From NCBI GenBank assembly GCA_035474135.1, contig DATINP010000033.1, forward strand, positions 2,334 through 66,333: a DNA stretch of 64,000 nt. The letters are read 5' to 3'. Shown here piece after piece: positions 1-9,603 of the stretch. Source of the stretch: Chloroflexia bacterium (GTDB lineage Bacteria; Chloroflexota; Chloroflexia; QHBQ01; JADMIH01). Position 1 is the stretch's first letter, and every line of letters begins with the position of its first letter. The notes below the pieces were generated by a model, which did not search any database, was not told the DNA's origin, and worked only from the letters and a program-made list of their open reading frames with translations. A program made the position numbers and the translations under genes.

Positions 1-4
1 GCAG

Positions 5-493
5 GTGCGCGATTGGCAACTTGCTCAGCTATCCCAGGCTGATAAAGACTTCATTGCCGCCTTCAAACCCACCGTCGAAGTAGCGCTCGAAGGCGGGGTC
101 AACCTCCTCTGCTTCCACGGTTCACCCACCTCGTTCGACGACATTATCCTACCGGAAACGCCCGAAGAAGAGTTCGTAGGCTTCCTGGGAGCATGGCGAG
201 GTCGCGTGATGACAGGAGGCCACACCCACCTCCAGCAGATACGGAGGCTGGGCGACTACTTCTTCTTCAACCCCGGCAGCGTTGGCGTGACCTATGATCG
301 CCATCAACCCGAAGAAAACGTTCAGTTGGACCACTGGGCCGAATATGCTGTGCTAACTTCCCACGAAGGACGCTTGAGCCTTGAGTTCCGTCGCGTGCCT
401 GTCGACGTGGATAAGCGCGTAGAAACGCTCATCGCAAGCGGCAGACCCTATGCAGACAGCTACGCAGCCCAGTACGGCGTGCGTGATAGCTAA
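5..493 (+). CDS. metallophosphoesterase (calcineurin-like) C-terminal portion; 5' end is outside the window
   Basis: ORF open to the window edge; GGHTH and NPGSVG motifs typical of the metallophosphatase fold. Confidence 0.5.
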   Translation: MRDWQLAQLSQADKDFIAAFKPTVEVALEGGVNLLCFHGSPTSFDDIILPETPEEEFVGFLGAWRGRVMTGGHTHLQQIRRLGDYFFFNPGSVGVTYDRHQPEENVQLDHWAEYAVLTSHEGRLSLEFRRVPVDVDKRVETLIASGRPYADSYAAQYGVRDS

Positions 494-581
494 TCCGTCA
501 TCTACTATCTTAATGACGTAGGCGTGACATAATGGGACAGGTTTTGCTTAGTTCCTTCGGGTACATTTCGCAGCGGGCGTT

Positions 582-785
582 CTACGACTCGTCCAAATAG
601 CCCTCTGCCGACAAGACTTCGATCAATTGAGATAAGCCTTCGTACTCCAGGATGACCGTATTGCCGGCCTCAATCACAGGCAAAATACCGTAGCCTTTTT
701 CGACATATTCCTGTCGGGCCTCTTTATCCAGGCTTACATTGCGGTCAATGAAGGCGATGTTCATGCGTGAAAGAAACTCCTTCAC
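582..785 (-). CDS. small glutaredoxin/NrdH-like fold protein lacking the CxxC motif (hypothetical)
   Basis: 67-aa ORF; spacing of its G.LPVI..G motif resembles the NrdH/glutaredoxin fold, but no cysteines are present. Confidence 0.3.
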   Translation of the reverse strand: MKEFLSRMNIAFIDRNVSLDKEARQEYVEKGYGILPVIEAGNTVILEYEGLSQLIEVLSAEGYLDES

Positions 786-990
786 ATCTTGACAAGGGCC
801 TCACATATTCCCACTATAAACCTGTACGGGTGGTTTACTGCTCATACTAATCCATGGAGTACCAGGCCGTTTGACTTACAACCTAGGACCCGTAATCTGC
901 GATCCGTTAGAACCATTTGACCATTAAAGTAGTATATATAACAGACAGGAATCTTTCGAGCGGTTCCTGCGCCGGAGCAGGAGGGAAACC

Positions 991-1329
991 ATGGCTGGAG
1001 ACACATGGCGCTCACGCGAGGCAGAACTCATAGCGAAATATGCCGAACGACTGGTGCCCATCGACGAGGGAGACGACCAGGGCGGCGAGAAGAAACCCGC
1101 GATCGCTTCGCCCAAGTCGTCATCCAAGAGCAAAGATGATGAATTGGAGCTGAGCTACATGAACGGCGCGCCGCCGAGAGATCTGCTCAACTACAAGAAC
1201 ATGGACCTGGAAATGTCGCTGTGGGCCAAGACAGGCACAGGCTGGATGTCTCTAGGCGTGATGATCCTGTTCGCATTTGCCTGTTTTATTCTGGCGATCG
1301 TGCTGTGGCTGCTGCGTGTCGGCGCGTGA
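991..1329 (+). CDS. hypothetical protein with C-terminal transmembrane anchor
   Basis: 112-aa ORF; hydrophilic Lys/Ser-rich N-terminal part and a single C-terminal hydrophobic helix (MSLGVMILFAFACFILAIVLWLL). Confidence 0.3.
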   Translation: MAGDTWRSREAELIAKYAERLVPIDEGDDQGGEKKPAIASPKSSSKSKDDELELSYMNGAPPRDLLNYKNMDLEMSLWAKTGTGWMSLGVMILFAFACFILAIVLWLLRVGA

Positions 1330-1336
1330 CGAGGGC

Positions 1337-3028
1337 TCAAGGGTTAGTAAGCGACCACCCCGCTATTGTGTCGAAACGGCTCGCCGGGGACAGCATATCC
1401 GCATCGGGCAAAGTCACTCCTTGGGCGGGCGCAATGGTGGCGTAATTGTACAGTGGAGTGGACAGCACCACGGCCGGCACGTCACTGATGAAGGCTTGTG
1501 CAAAATCGCAATAGAGCGGCGCGCGCGCTTCTATACTCGCGGTCGAACGAGCCGTTGCCAGCGCCTTGTCAGCCGCCGCGTTGTGCCACCCGGCAAAATT
1601 GAGACCTCCCGTAACCGCCTGCGACGAGTGCCAGTAGTCGTACAGGTCGAGGTCTGCTCCCGCGGCCTCCCAGCCTGCCAGCGCAACATGGAACGCACGC
1701 GGACCAAGATAGTCGCGCAGGAACGCGTCACGCCCAACCGCCGCAAGACGAGCGTCCACACCCACTGCCCGTAGCTCGTCCACGATCCCCTGGGCCAGCG
1801 TTACATTAGTGGACACGTCCGAGTTCGCCGCCAGCACCACCGTCATCGTTACTCCACCCCGAACTCGAATGCCGTCCGCACCCAACTTCCACCCGGCCTC
1901 ATCAAGCAATTGAGATGCTTCTGTGGGGTCATAGGGTTGGGCGGGAGCGCAGGAAGCGTTGTATGCCCATGAATGGGGAAGGATCGGGCCGTCCAGGGGC
2001 GCGCTCACATGGTCCTTTTCATCGGCAAGCACCGCCCGGTCAAGCGCGATCTCGAACGCCCTGCGGGTTTCCACCTTGTTAAAAAGAGGCGAGTCGACAT
2101 TGAGGATCAGCATGTTGTAACGTGCCAGGTTCTGCGTGTGGAGCGTAACGCCGGGCACCGCCTCTACCTCGGCCAGGTTCTCGGCGGGTATGTGGCCGAG
2201 GCCTTGTACCTCGCCCAGCTTTAGTCCCGTCAGCGCCGCGCCAAACGTCGGGTAGGGACGGAACCAGATACGCTCGATCTCGCCTGTCGTTGGGGGCAAA
2301 AACGAGTTGGGTACCAATAGCACCCCGCCCGCGGTGGGGGTCGCCACATTTGGCACGGTAGTCGTAACCGGGGTGGCACCCTCTACCTGAGAACCGGGCG
2401 CGCTTATGTGCGCGTAACGCCAGGGACCGGAACCCACGGGAGCCATGTTCAGGGCTGACTTCGCCAACTCGGAGGCTTTCACGCTCTCCCACAGGTGGCG
2501 GGGCAATATTCCCAGCGTCGTATACTGAGGGAATGCCGCGTTCGACTGGGGTAGCTTGAGTACCAGGCTGGCAGTAGGCACGATAGTTATGTCAACTCCA
2601 TGCCAAGGAAGGGCCAACGCAGGATCGCCGGGAAAGTCTGCTGACTGGAGCAGGTTGAGAGTAAAGGCGACATCGTCTACAGTCAGCGGGGTGCCGTCTT
2701 GCCAGTGCAGGTCGGGCTTGAGGGTGAAGGTAAAGATGGTGCTATCGGCATTTGCGGTCCAGCCTGACGCCAGGTCGGGCACGAGTTTGCCTTGAGTATC
2801 CACGCGTGAGAGGCCGCTGTAAATAAGGTGTGTCAGGTCGAGGTCGGTATCCGAGGTCGCCAGCAAAGGGTTGACCAGATGGGGTGCGCCGATCATAGCC
2901 TCGACGTAGGTTTGGCCCGCAACAGGACTAACCGTCGGGCGCGCCTGCGCCCCAATTACGAGGATTACCAACAGAAGGGCCACACCAAGCAGGCCTGCTA
3001 TGGCCTGGGGCTTAAAAGTAGATCGCAT
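1337..3028 (-). CDS. ABC transporter substrate-binding protein, family 5 (peptide/nickel type)
   Basis: 563 aa; N-terminal signal/anchor (LLGVALLLVILVIGAQA); conserved SBP_bac_5 block DLASGW...FTLKPDLHWQDGTPLTVDDVAFTL. Confidence 0.8.
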   Translation of the reverse strand: MRSTFKPQAIAGLLGVALLLVILVIGAQARPTVSPVAGQTYVEAMIGAPHLVNPLLATSDTDLDLTHLIYSGLSRVDTQGKLVPDLASGWTANADSTIFTFTLKPDLHWQDGTPLTVDDVAFTLNLLQSADFPGDPALALPWHGVDITIVPTASLVLKLPQSNAAFPQYTTLGILPRHLWESVKASELAKSALNMAPVGSGPWRYAHISAPGSQVEGATPVTTTVPNVATPTAGGVLLVPNSFLPPTTGEIERIWFRPYPTFGAALTGLKLGEVQGLGHIPAENLAEVEAVPGVTLHTQNLARYNMLILNVDSPLFNKVETRRAFEIALDRAVLADEKDHVSAPLDGPILPHSWAYNASCAPAQPYDPTEASQLLDEAGWKLGADGIRVRGGVTMTVVLAANSDVSTNVTLAQGIVDELRAVGVDARLAAVGRDAFLRDYLGPRAFHVALAGWEAAGADLDLYDYWHSSQAVTGGLNFAGWHNAAADKALATARSTASIEARAPLYCDFAQAFISDVPAVVLSTPLYNYATIAPAQGVTLPDADMLSPASRFDTIAGWSLTNP

Positions 3029-3084
3029 GAGAATAACGAAAAAGCCTGCCTGGTGGCAGGCCGAAAGCGGGTTATTTAGACCTG

Positions 3085-3318
3085 CTAGGGAGTGATCACG
3101 TAGCTACCGATCAGAGCCACTAAGAAGAAGACTACGGCAAGCGCGATCGTGAACTGGAAAAGGCGCTTCTCGAAACCGCGGCGTGTGCGGTATACGGACG
3201 AAGCTTCACCGCCGAAGATGCCACCCATGCTTGAACCTTTGGCCTGCATGACCAGCACAGCGATAAGTACAATGGCAAGTATGATCTGTATTATGCCGAG
3301 AGCGGTTCTTAAATCCAC
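3085..3318 (-). CDS. secG: preprotein translocase subunit SecG
   Basis: 77 aa with two TM helices and the SecG signature LVMQAKGSSMGGIFGG. Confidence 0.85.
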   Translation of the reverse strand: MDLRTALGIIQIILAIVLIAVLVMQAKGSSMGGIFGGEASSVYRTRRGFEKRLFQFTIALAVVFFLVALIGSYVITP

Positions 3319-3459
3319 TGTGAAACTACTCCTCTTAGATAGAACACGGGCATGGTCCTATTTGCGCCATGACTCGTCTATTATACAGGTTGAGGCGTAG
3401 CAGTGCAAGGAAGGGGCGACAGGCGACGATTGACGACGGACGATCCATGACGCATCTGC

Positions 3460-3488
3460 TTGCCCAGACCCGATTCTTATGATATAAT
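3460..3488 (+). promoter_or_regulatory. candidate sigma-70-type promoter for rpsO-pnp (TTGCCC, 17 nt spacer, extended -10 TGATATAAT)
   Basis: -35 at 3460-3465 and TGnTATAAT at 3480-3488, about 150 nt upstream of the rpsO start. Confidence 0.4.
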
Positions 3489-3639
3489 TACCGGGTATTG
3501 CCTAAAGAGGGTCAAGGGAAAAGAAAGAAGTTATAACAGACAAAGCAGGATTCCCCTCTCAGCAAAGAGGTTTTCGAGAACTGCCCTGACAAGCGGGGCT
3601 AAGTGGCACAAATAGAGGTGCCCGCAGGAGGTTTCATCT

Positions 3640-3930
3640 TTGGCATTGCTGCAAGAGCGCAAGAAGGAAATAGTCAGTAAGTACCAGGTTCATGGTACAG
3701 ACACAGGCTCACCTGAAGTACAGGTCGCCATCCTCACCACACGTATCAACGACCTTATTGCACATTTCAAGGCCCATACGCACGATCATCATTCGCGCCG
3801 CGGCCTCTTGAAAATGGTTGGTCGCCGCCGCCGTCTTCTCTCTTATCTGGCGAAGAACGACATTAACCGCTACCGCGAACTGATCTCCAGCCTCAATATC
3901 CGCGACATCCTCAATCGCCCCGGCGCATAA
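3640..3930 (+). CDS. rpsO: 30S ribosomal protein S15
   Basis: TTG start preceded by AGGAGG; sequence ...[49 protein letters not shown]... aligns with S15; conserved rpsO-pnp synteny. Confidence 0.9.
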   Translation: MALLQERKKEIVSKYQVHGTDTGSPEVQVAILTTRINDLIAHFKAHTHDHHSRRGLLKMVGRRRRLLSYLAKNDINRYRELISSLNIRDILNRPGA

Positions 3931-4093
3931 TTGCCTGCCCGGGGCATATTTATTGGCTGTCGATAAGGTGTCGACGGCCATCCTCGCATGAGAAAAGAAA
4001 TGAGAACGGAGAAGCAAGAACCTCGTTTCTCCTGTGCCGATCCCGATCCCTCATTTCTGTAATCTCATTTCTCAATCCCACCAGGAGACATAA

Positions 4094-6502
4094 GTGAACA
4101 CAGAACCAAAACAATTCAGCATCAATCTTGCTGGCCGCGAATTGACCATAGAGGTCGGTCGCGTGGCCGAGCAGGCTTCGGGTGCTTGTACTGTGCGCTA
4201 CGGCGATACAGTAATCCTCGCGGCTGTAGTCGCTGCCAAGGAGCCACGCGAAGGCGCAGACTTCCTGCCCCTTACTGTTGATTACGAAGAGAAGATGTAC
4301 GCCGCAGGCAAAATCCCCGGCGGCTTCATCAAGCGCGAAGGCCGGCCCACAGAAAATGCCACACTGACATCGCGCCTCACCGACCGCCCTATCCGCCCCC
4401 TTCTGCCCAAGCAGTGGCGCGCGGAGATCCAGGTGACAATCACTACACTGTCCACCGACCAGGTAACTGAGCCTGAAATCCTCTCTATCATCGGCACCTC
4501 CGCCGCCATGCTCCTCTCTGACCTTCCCTTCGCGGGTCCGGTCGGCGCGGCCAAAGTCGGCTACATCAACGGTGAGTTCGTGCTCAATCCCACCGCCCAG
4601 CAGTTCCAGGAATCGGAGTTAGAACTGAGCCTCGCGGGAACCGAGGATGCCGTGTCAATGGTCGAAGCCAGCGCACACGAGCTTCCCGAAGATATCATGC
4701 TGGAAGCCGTCAAATTCGGTTTCGAGCAAGGGGTCAAGCCAGTCGCCGCTCTGCAAAGACAGATCGTCGAGGCTTATCAGCCCAAGAAGCGCGACTGGCA
4801 GCCTCCCGTCGCCGACACCTCCTTTACCGATGAGGTAACGGCATGGATCGGCACTCGTATGGCCGACGAAACTCACGACTCGGACAAAACGGTACGGGAA
4901 GACCGCACCAACGCCCTCCGCGCCGAAACGATTGCTCACTTCACTGAGTCTGCTGATCTTTCGGATGAGGACAAGGCGAAAATCACCGCCAATGTGAACA
5001 AGGCCTTCGACGTCCTTCTGAAAGAGGAAGTTCGCAACGCGATCCTCGTGCGCGGCGAGCGCCCCGATGGACGCGGTCCCAAGGACATCCGCCCTATCAG
5101 TATCGAAGTGGGCGTCCTCCCACGCACCCACGGCTCGGCCCTGTTTACACGCGGCCAGACCCAGGTGCTCTCGGTCGCCACTCTCGGTACAGGCGCTGAC
5201 GAGCAAATGCTCGATGGCCTCGGCATCGAGGACACCAAGCGCTACATTCATCACTACAACTTCCCGTCCTACTCGACCGGCGAAACCCGCCGAGGCCGAG
5301 GGCCATCACGCCGCGATATCGGCCACGGTGCGCTGGCCGAGCGTGCTCTTGAGCCTGTTCTGCCTTCCCAGGCTGATTTCCCCTACGTGATACGCGTTGT
5401 AAGCGAAGTGCTATCCTCCAACGGCTCCTCGTCTATGGCCTCTGTGTGCGGCAGCACCCTTTCGCTCATGGACGCAGGTGTCCCGATCAAGGCCCCGGTC
5501 GCAGGCATCGCGATGGGCCTCGTCGAGAGCAAGGATGGCACCCAGCACAAGGTCCTCACCGACATCCAGGGCATCGAAGACGCACTGGGCGACATGGACT
5601 TCAAAGTCGCGGGCACATCCGAGGGCGTTACCGGCCTCCAACTTGACCTCAAGACACAGGGGCTGGCATTCGCTATCATGGAAGAAGCCTTCGCACAGGC
5701 TCGTGAAGCTCGCCTCTTTATCCTCGACAAGATGCAGGAAGTGCTGGCCGAGCCTCGCCACCAGCTTTCCGCTTATGCACCGCGCATTCTCCGTATCAAG
5801 ATCAACCCCGAGAAGATCGGCGCGCTGATTGGTCCCGGCGGTAAGAACATAAGAGGCATCACCGAAAAGACAGGTACCAAGATCGACGTTGAGGAAGATG
5901 GCACAGTGCTGGTGGCCTCGACCGACGGCGAGAGTGCCAAGCAGGCAATCCGCATGATCGAGGGCCTCACTAAAGAAGCCGAGGTGGGCGAAATCTACCT
6001 GGGCAAGGTGGTTCGCATACTTCCCTACGGCGCATTCGTCGAAATCCTGCCCGGCAAAGACGGCCTCGTGCACATCTCCGAACTTGCAGATTACCGCGTC
6101 GAAAACGTGGAAGACGTGGTAAGCCTGGGTGACGAGATCAACGTGATGGTAATCGACGTTGACCGCCAGGGCAAAGTTAGCCTGTCGCGCAAGGCCGTAC
6201 TCACCGGCGAAATGCCCCCGCCCCGCGCCGAGCGCGAGCGCAGTGGCTTCGGCGGTGGCGGTCGAGATCGAGGTCCCCGCGAAGGCGGTGGCGGTGGCGG
6301 ATATAACCGCGGCGGCCCCGGTGGCGGCGGCGGCGGTGGCGGCTACAACCGTGGTGGTCCAGGCGGTGGCGGTGGCGGTGGATATAACCGCGGCGGCCCC
6401 GGTGGCGCTCCCGGCGGTGGTGGCTACAATCGCGGCGGTGGCGACCGGCCCCCCCGCGAAGGCGGCGACCAGGGTTCACAAGAGGGCGGCAACCGCTGGT
6501 AA
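4094..6502 (+). CDS. pnp: polyribonucleotide nucleotidyltransferase (PNPase) with Gly-rich GGYNRGG-repeat C-terminal tail
   Basis: GTG start with RBS; two RNase PH-like domains, KH (KIGALIGPGGKNIRGI) and S1 (GKVVRILPYGAFVEI) domains, then an ~95-aa low-complexity tail. Confidence 0.95.
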   Translation: MNTEPKQFSINLAGRELTIEVGRVAEQASGACTVRYGDTVILAAVVAAKEPREGADFLPLTVDYEEKMYAAGKIPGGFIKREGRPTENATLTSRLTDRPIRPLLPKQWRAEIQVTITTLSTDQVTEPEILSIIGTSAAMLLSDLPFAGPVGAAKVGYINGEFVLNPTAQQFQESELELSLAGTEDAVSMVEASAHELPEDIMLEAVKFGFEQGVKPVAALQRQIVEAYQPKKRDWQPPVADTSFTDEVTAWIGTRMADETHDSDKTVREDRTNALRAETIAHFTESADLSDEDKAKITANVNKAFDVLLKEEVRNAILVRGERPDGRGPKDIRPISIEVGVLPRTHGSALFTRGQTQVLSVATLGTGADEQMLDGLGIEDTKRYIHHYNFPSYSTGETRRGRGPSRRDIGHGALAERALEPVLPSQADFPYVIRVVSEVLSSNGSSSMASVCGSTLSLMDAGVPIKAPVAGIAMGLVESKDGTQHKVLTDIQGIEDALGDMDFKVAGTSEGVTGLQLDLKTQGLAFAIMEEAFAQAREARLFILDKMQEVLAEPRHQLSAYAPRILRIKINPEKIGALIGPGGKNIRGITEKTGTKIDVEEDGTVLVASTDGESAKQAIRMIEGLTKEAEVGEIYLGKVVRILPYGAFVEILPGKDGLVHISELADYRVENVEDVVSLGDEINVMVIDVDRQGKVSLSRKAVLTGEMPPPRAERERSGFGGGGRDRGPREGGGGGGYNRGGPGGGGGGGGYNRGGPGGGGGGGYNRGGPGGAPGGGGYNRGGGDRPPREGGDQGSQEGGNRW

Positions 6503-6538
6503 GTAACTGACAGTTATGCTGTTTACGCAAAATAAGCT

Positions 6539-6571
6539 AGAGGGGGATGGCACTACTGCCTGTCCCCCTCT
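6539..6571 (+). terminator. stem-loop terminator candidate downstream of pnp
   Basis: AGAGGGGGA...15-nt loop...TCCCCCTCT, followed by a T-containing stretch. Confidence 0.45.
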
Positions 6572-6598
6572 GTCTTTAACTCAGGAGGCAATCCTAAT

Positions 6599-7144
6599 AT
6601 GAACGTACTCGAAGCGATCCGGCGCAAGCGCACCGTTCGCAAATATACCGACCAGCCTATCCCGCAGGACACGGTCGAACAAATCCTGTATGCAGGTCGC
6701 CGCGCTCAATCCTCCAAGAACCTGCAACCCTGGCACTTCATCGCCATCCAGAGCCGCGACACATTGACCGCCCTCTCCAAACTGGGCGACTACGCGACCC
6801 ATCTCCCGACCGCCGCGCTGGCCATTGCCATAATCACGCCGGATCCTGCGTCCCAGTACGCGGTCATGTTCGACGCAGGGCAGGCCGCAGCCTACATGCA
6901 GCTTGCCGCGCTCGACCTGGGCATCGGCTCGGGCATTATTACACTGCATAGGGCCGAACCTTCGCGAGAGATTCTCGGCTATCCCTCCAACCTCCACCTC
7001 CTGTTTTTGCTGGCCTTCGGCTATCCACAGGATCCCACAGCCGCGTTCAGCCCCGCATCGAGGCCGGGGGGCCGCTTGCCCACCAGCGAGATAATCCACT
7101 ACGAGCACTGGCAATCCCAAAGCCCAGCACAACCGGCAGAGTAG
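6599..7144 (+). CDS. nitroreductase family protein
   Basis: 181 aa; N-terminal RRTVRKYTDQPIP...NLQPWHFIAIQS block typical of NADH-nitroreductase fold. Confidence 0.8.
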   Translation: MNVLEAIRRKRTVRKYTDQPIPQDTVEQILYAGRRAQSSKNLQPWHFIAIQSRDTLTALSKLGDYATHLPTAALAIAIITPDPASQYAVMFDAGQAAAYMQLAALDLGIGSGIITLHRAEPSREILGYPSNLHLLFLLAFGYPQDPTAAFSPASRPGGRLPTSEIIHYEHWQSQSPAQPAE

Positions 7145-7523
7145 CACGAGGGAGAATAGGGGACTTCTAGGACACGTACGACCGCGCCCCGTCAAGCCCT
7201 GATAGGGGAATAAGCAAGTTCTCGACTGTTTCCGGTCAGACATTCCGGAGCATCTTGTAAGTGGCGAAACATTGTTCGCTTTGAATTCGTAATCATGTAT
7301 AATAGTCGCGACTTACAAACATAAAACCCAAATACGAAACGACCAAGGGATACGACACATGGCTAGGCAATGTCCGACCCAACCGTTCTCTGTTCGTGGC
7401 GAGCCGACGCTTAGAGTAGCCCACTCTAGTCAGGCTCCCACTCAAACACGCCCCGCTCTCCAGTCCACTGAACCAACTCGGCGCAATAGCAGCTCACAAC
7501 TGCCCGGTCCGCGCCTGTCCCCA

Positions 7524-8927
7524 ATGCTGGGGTGGTGGCCCAATGTACTGCCCATGCTCCGCGATCCCGCGATCAGCATGTTGCACCTCTGGTATCGCTA
7601 CGGCGACGCGGTATCCCTCGGCAACTATCGCGATGCGCCCATCCTGATAGTATTTTCGCCCGAGTACAACCGCTACGTTCTGACCAATAACGATATCTTC
7701 TACAGCCTCGATGTCAACAGCGGCGACGCACTGTTCAAAGTTCCGCCCGACACCTCGGCGGCGCGCCTCCTCTCCGGCATCGCGTCCATGAACGGTGAAG
7801 AACATACCGCGCATCGCCGCCTCCTCATGCCCAGCTTCCATAAGAAGCGCGTGGATGCCCTGCGTGACTCGATGGTTGAGTGCGTCGAGAACCATATCGC
7901 CGGCTGGCGCGATGGCGACCCGCGCATCCTCGTCAACGAAATGCTCGATCTCACTCTCGCCGTAGCAATCGTGGGCCTTATCGGTTTAAACCCTGCCGAA
8001 GAAGGCAAGCGCGTACGCAACCTGATCGAGCAGTGGAGCCAGCGCGGACTCACCCCACAGGTGGCTCTCCTCCCATACGACCTCCCCGGCACGCCCTATC
8101 GCCGCTTCCGCGTGCTGTCAGAACAGGTCGAAGCCGAACTGATCGAGGTAATCAAGCGCAAGCGCACCCGCGTCGGCTCGGCAGACGACGGCAACGAGGG
8201 CGATGCTCTCGCCCTGCTTATCCACGCGCAGGACGAAGACGGCACACTTCTTTCCGACAGCGACCTGATAGGGCATCTCAGCACTCTGTTCACCGCAGGC
8301 CACGAAACCACGGCCTCGGCCCTCACCTGGACGCTTTTCCTGCTCACCCAGCATCCCCACATACTAGCTGACCTCGTGGACGAACTCGACGGCGTATTGC
8401 ACGGTGATGCCCCGTCCCTCGAACAGCTACACAACCTCCCCCTGCTCGATAACATAGTGAACGAGGGGCTGCGGATGTTCCCGCCCGGCATGTGGATCTT
8501 CCGCACTGCTGTCAAGCCGTTTGAGCTTGGCCCCTACTCGCAGCCCGCCTTTTCCCAGCTTATCTTCAGCCCCACTGTTACCCACTACCGCCCCGACCTC
8601 TATCCGAATCCTCATACGTTCGACCCGCATCGATGGGAGACTATAAACCCTACGCCCTACGAATACCTGCCGTTCGGCGGCGGTCCGCGCCGTTGCCTCG
8701 GGGCAACCTTTGCCCTGCTTGAGATCAAGTTGGCGCTCTCCATTATCCTCCAGCGCTGGCGCATCGAGGTTCCCCACCGCCACCGCGTTGACCGCAGCGG
8801 CACGATTCTGTCCCGACCGAAAGACGGCCCACCCATCACTATCCACAAACAGGACCGCCACTTCGTCCACAGCGCAGTTCGGGGCAATATCCATGATCTC
8901 GTAGACTTCGGCCCCACCTACAAATAA
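7524..8927 (+). CDS. cytochrome P450 monooxygenase
   Basis: heme-ligand loop FGGGPRRCLGATFA, EXXR motif (ETTAS...EGLRM), AGHETT I-helix motif; start placed at the internal ATG 7524 because the 55 upstream codons of the ORF-track ORF (from 7359) look non-coding. Confidence 0.85.
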   Translation: MLGWWPNVLPMLRDPAISMLHLWYRYGDAVSLGNYRDAPILIVFSPEYNRYVLTNNDIFYSLDVNSGDALFKVPPDTSAARLLSGIASMNGEEHTAHRRLLMPSFHKKRVDALRDSMVECVENHIAGWRDGDPRILVNEMLDLTLAVAIVGLIGLNPAEEGKRVRNLIEQWSQRGLTPQVALLPYDLPGTPYRRFRVLSEQVEAELIEVIKRKRTRVGSADDGNEGDALALLIHAQDEDGTLLSDSDLIGHLSTLFTAGHETTASALTWTLFLLTQHPHILADLVDELDGVLHGDAPSLEQLHNLPLLDNIVNEGLRMFPPGMWIFRTAVKPFELGPYSQPAFSQLIFSPTVTHYRPDLYPNPHTFDPHRWETINPTPYEYLPFGGGPRRCLGATFALLEIKLALSIILQRWRIEVPHRHRVDRSGTILSRPKDGPPITIHKQDRHFVHSAVRGNIHDLVDFGPTYK

Positions 8928-8945
8928 CTTTACTATCCAACAACT

Positions 8946-9116
8946 ATGAATAACTCCACAGCCTACTCGCTTACCAGCCTGTTCTTGATTGGTGCTCCGG
9001 TGTTGCCTGCCACAGGCGAAGCCGCCAACCCGACTATATTCATCGTTATTCTCGTGATCGCCACCCTCGCGATCATCGCCGGTATTTTTCTGCTCCGCCG
9101 CAAACCCCCCATCTAA
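8946..9116 (+). CDS. 56-aa peptide: hydrophobic N-terminus followed by LPATG, a hydrophobic segment and RRKPP tail (sortase-sorting-signal-like)
   Basis: ATG..TAA ORF directly after the P450 gene; below the ORF-track size cut-off; translated by hand. Confidence 0.25.
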   Translation: MNNSTAYSLTSLFLIGAPVLPATGEAANPTIFIVILVIATLAIIAGIFLLRRKPPI

Positions 9117-9179
9117 CTAGCAACTGCCTCGTGGTAATCAATGTTATAATTGAGGGGATTAGCAAAATAAAGGAGCGAC

Positions 9180-9551
9180 ATGCAAGACGAAATGACAGAT
9201 AAGAAGCGAGCCAGATGGGTGCCCGTAGCCAATGCCACCACCATACCCTCAGGCCAATTCACCTGCGTATCAATTGAGGGCCAGGATATAGACATTTTCA
9301 ACATCGATGGCCAATACTACGCTATGGGTGATGTTTGCACGCACGCAGCCACTCCCCTCTCAGAAGGCGAGTTCTACGAAGACATGCGCGGCTGGGTAAT
9401 AGAGTGCCCCCTGCACGGCTCTCAGTTCGACGTCACTACCGGAGAAGCGGTCTCACTCCCCGCCACAGGTAACGCAGGCAAATACGAAGTGTGCGTAGAA
9501 GACGGCCAAGTACTTGTCAACCCCGATCCGGTCACGCCTTTCGGAGCGTAG
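9180..9551 (+). CDS. Rieske [2Fe-2S] domain ferredoxin
   Basis: CTH...17 residues...CPLHG Rieske ligand boxes (CxH-X15-17-CxxH); 123 aa; sits between the P450 gene and the convergent wbaP-like gene. Confidence 0.8.
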   Translation: MQDEMTDKKRARWVPVANATTIPSGQFTCVSIEGQDIDIFNIDGQYYAMGDVCTHAATPLSEGEFYEDMRGWVIECPLHGSQFDVTTGEAVSLPATGNAGKYEVCVEDGQVLVNPDPVTPFGA

Positions 9552-9603
9552 AGCAAGCGTCAGACGCCAAAAATACAATCGTGTTGACGCGTGACATTCC
9601 GGC

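Noticed and set aside
4655-6073. Long antisense ORFs inside pnp (e.g. 4655-5254 minus, 5411-6073 minus) and inside other genes
   Set aside because: Typical shadow ORFs of a high-GC genome. The sense-strand proteins have clear homology-like features and the antisense ones have none.
7273-7303. Possible promoter TTGTTC...TGTATAAT upstream of the P450 gene
   Set aside because: The spacing between the candidate -35 and -10 boxes is non-canonical (11 or 19 nt), so it is left unannotated.
7359-7523. N-terminal 55-codon extension of the P450 ORF
   Set aside because: The composition is non-coding-like and there is no RBS. The internal ATG at 7524 gives a normal P450 N-terminus.
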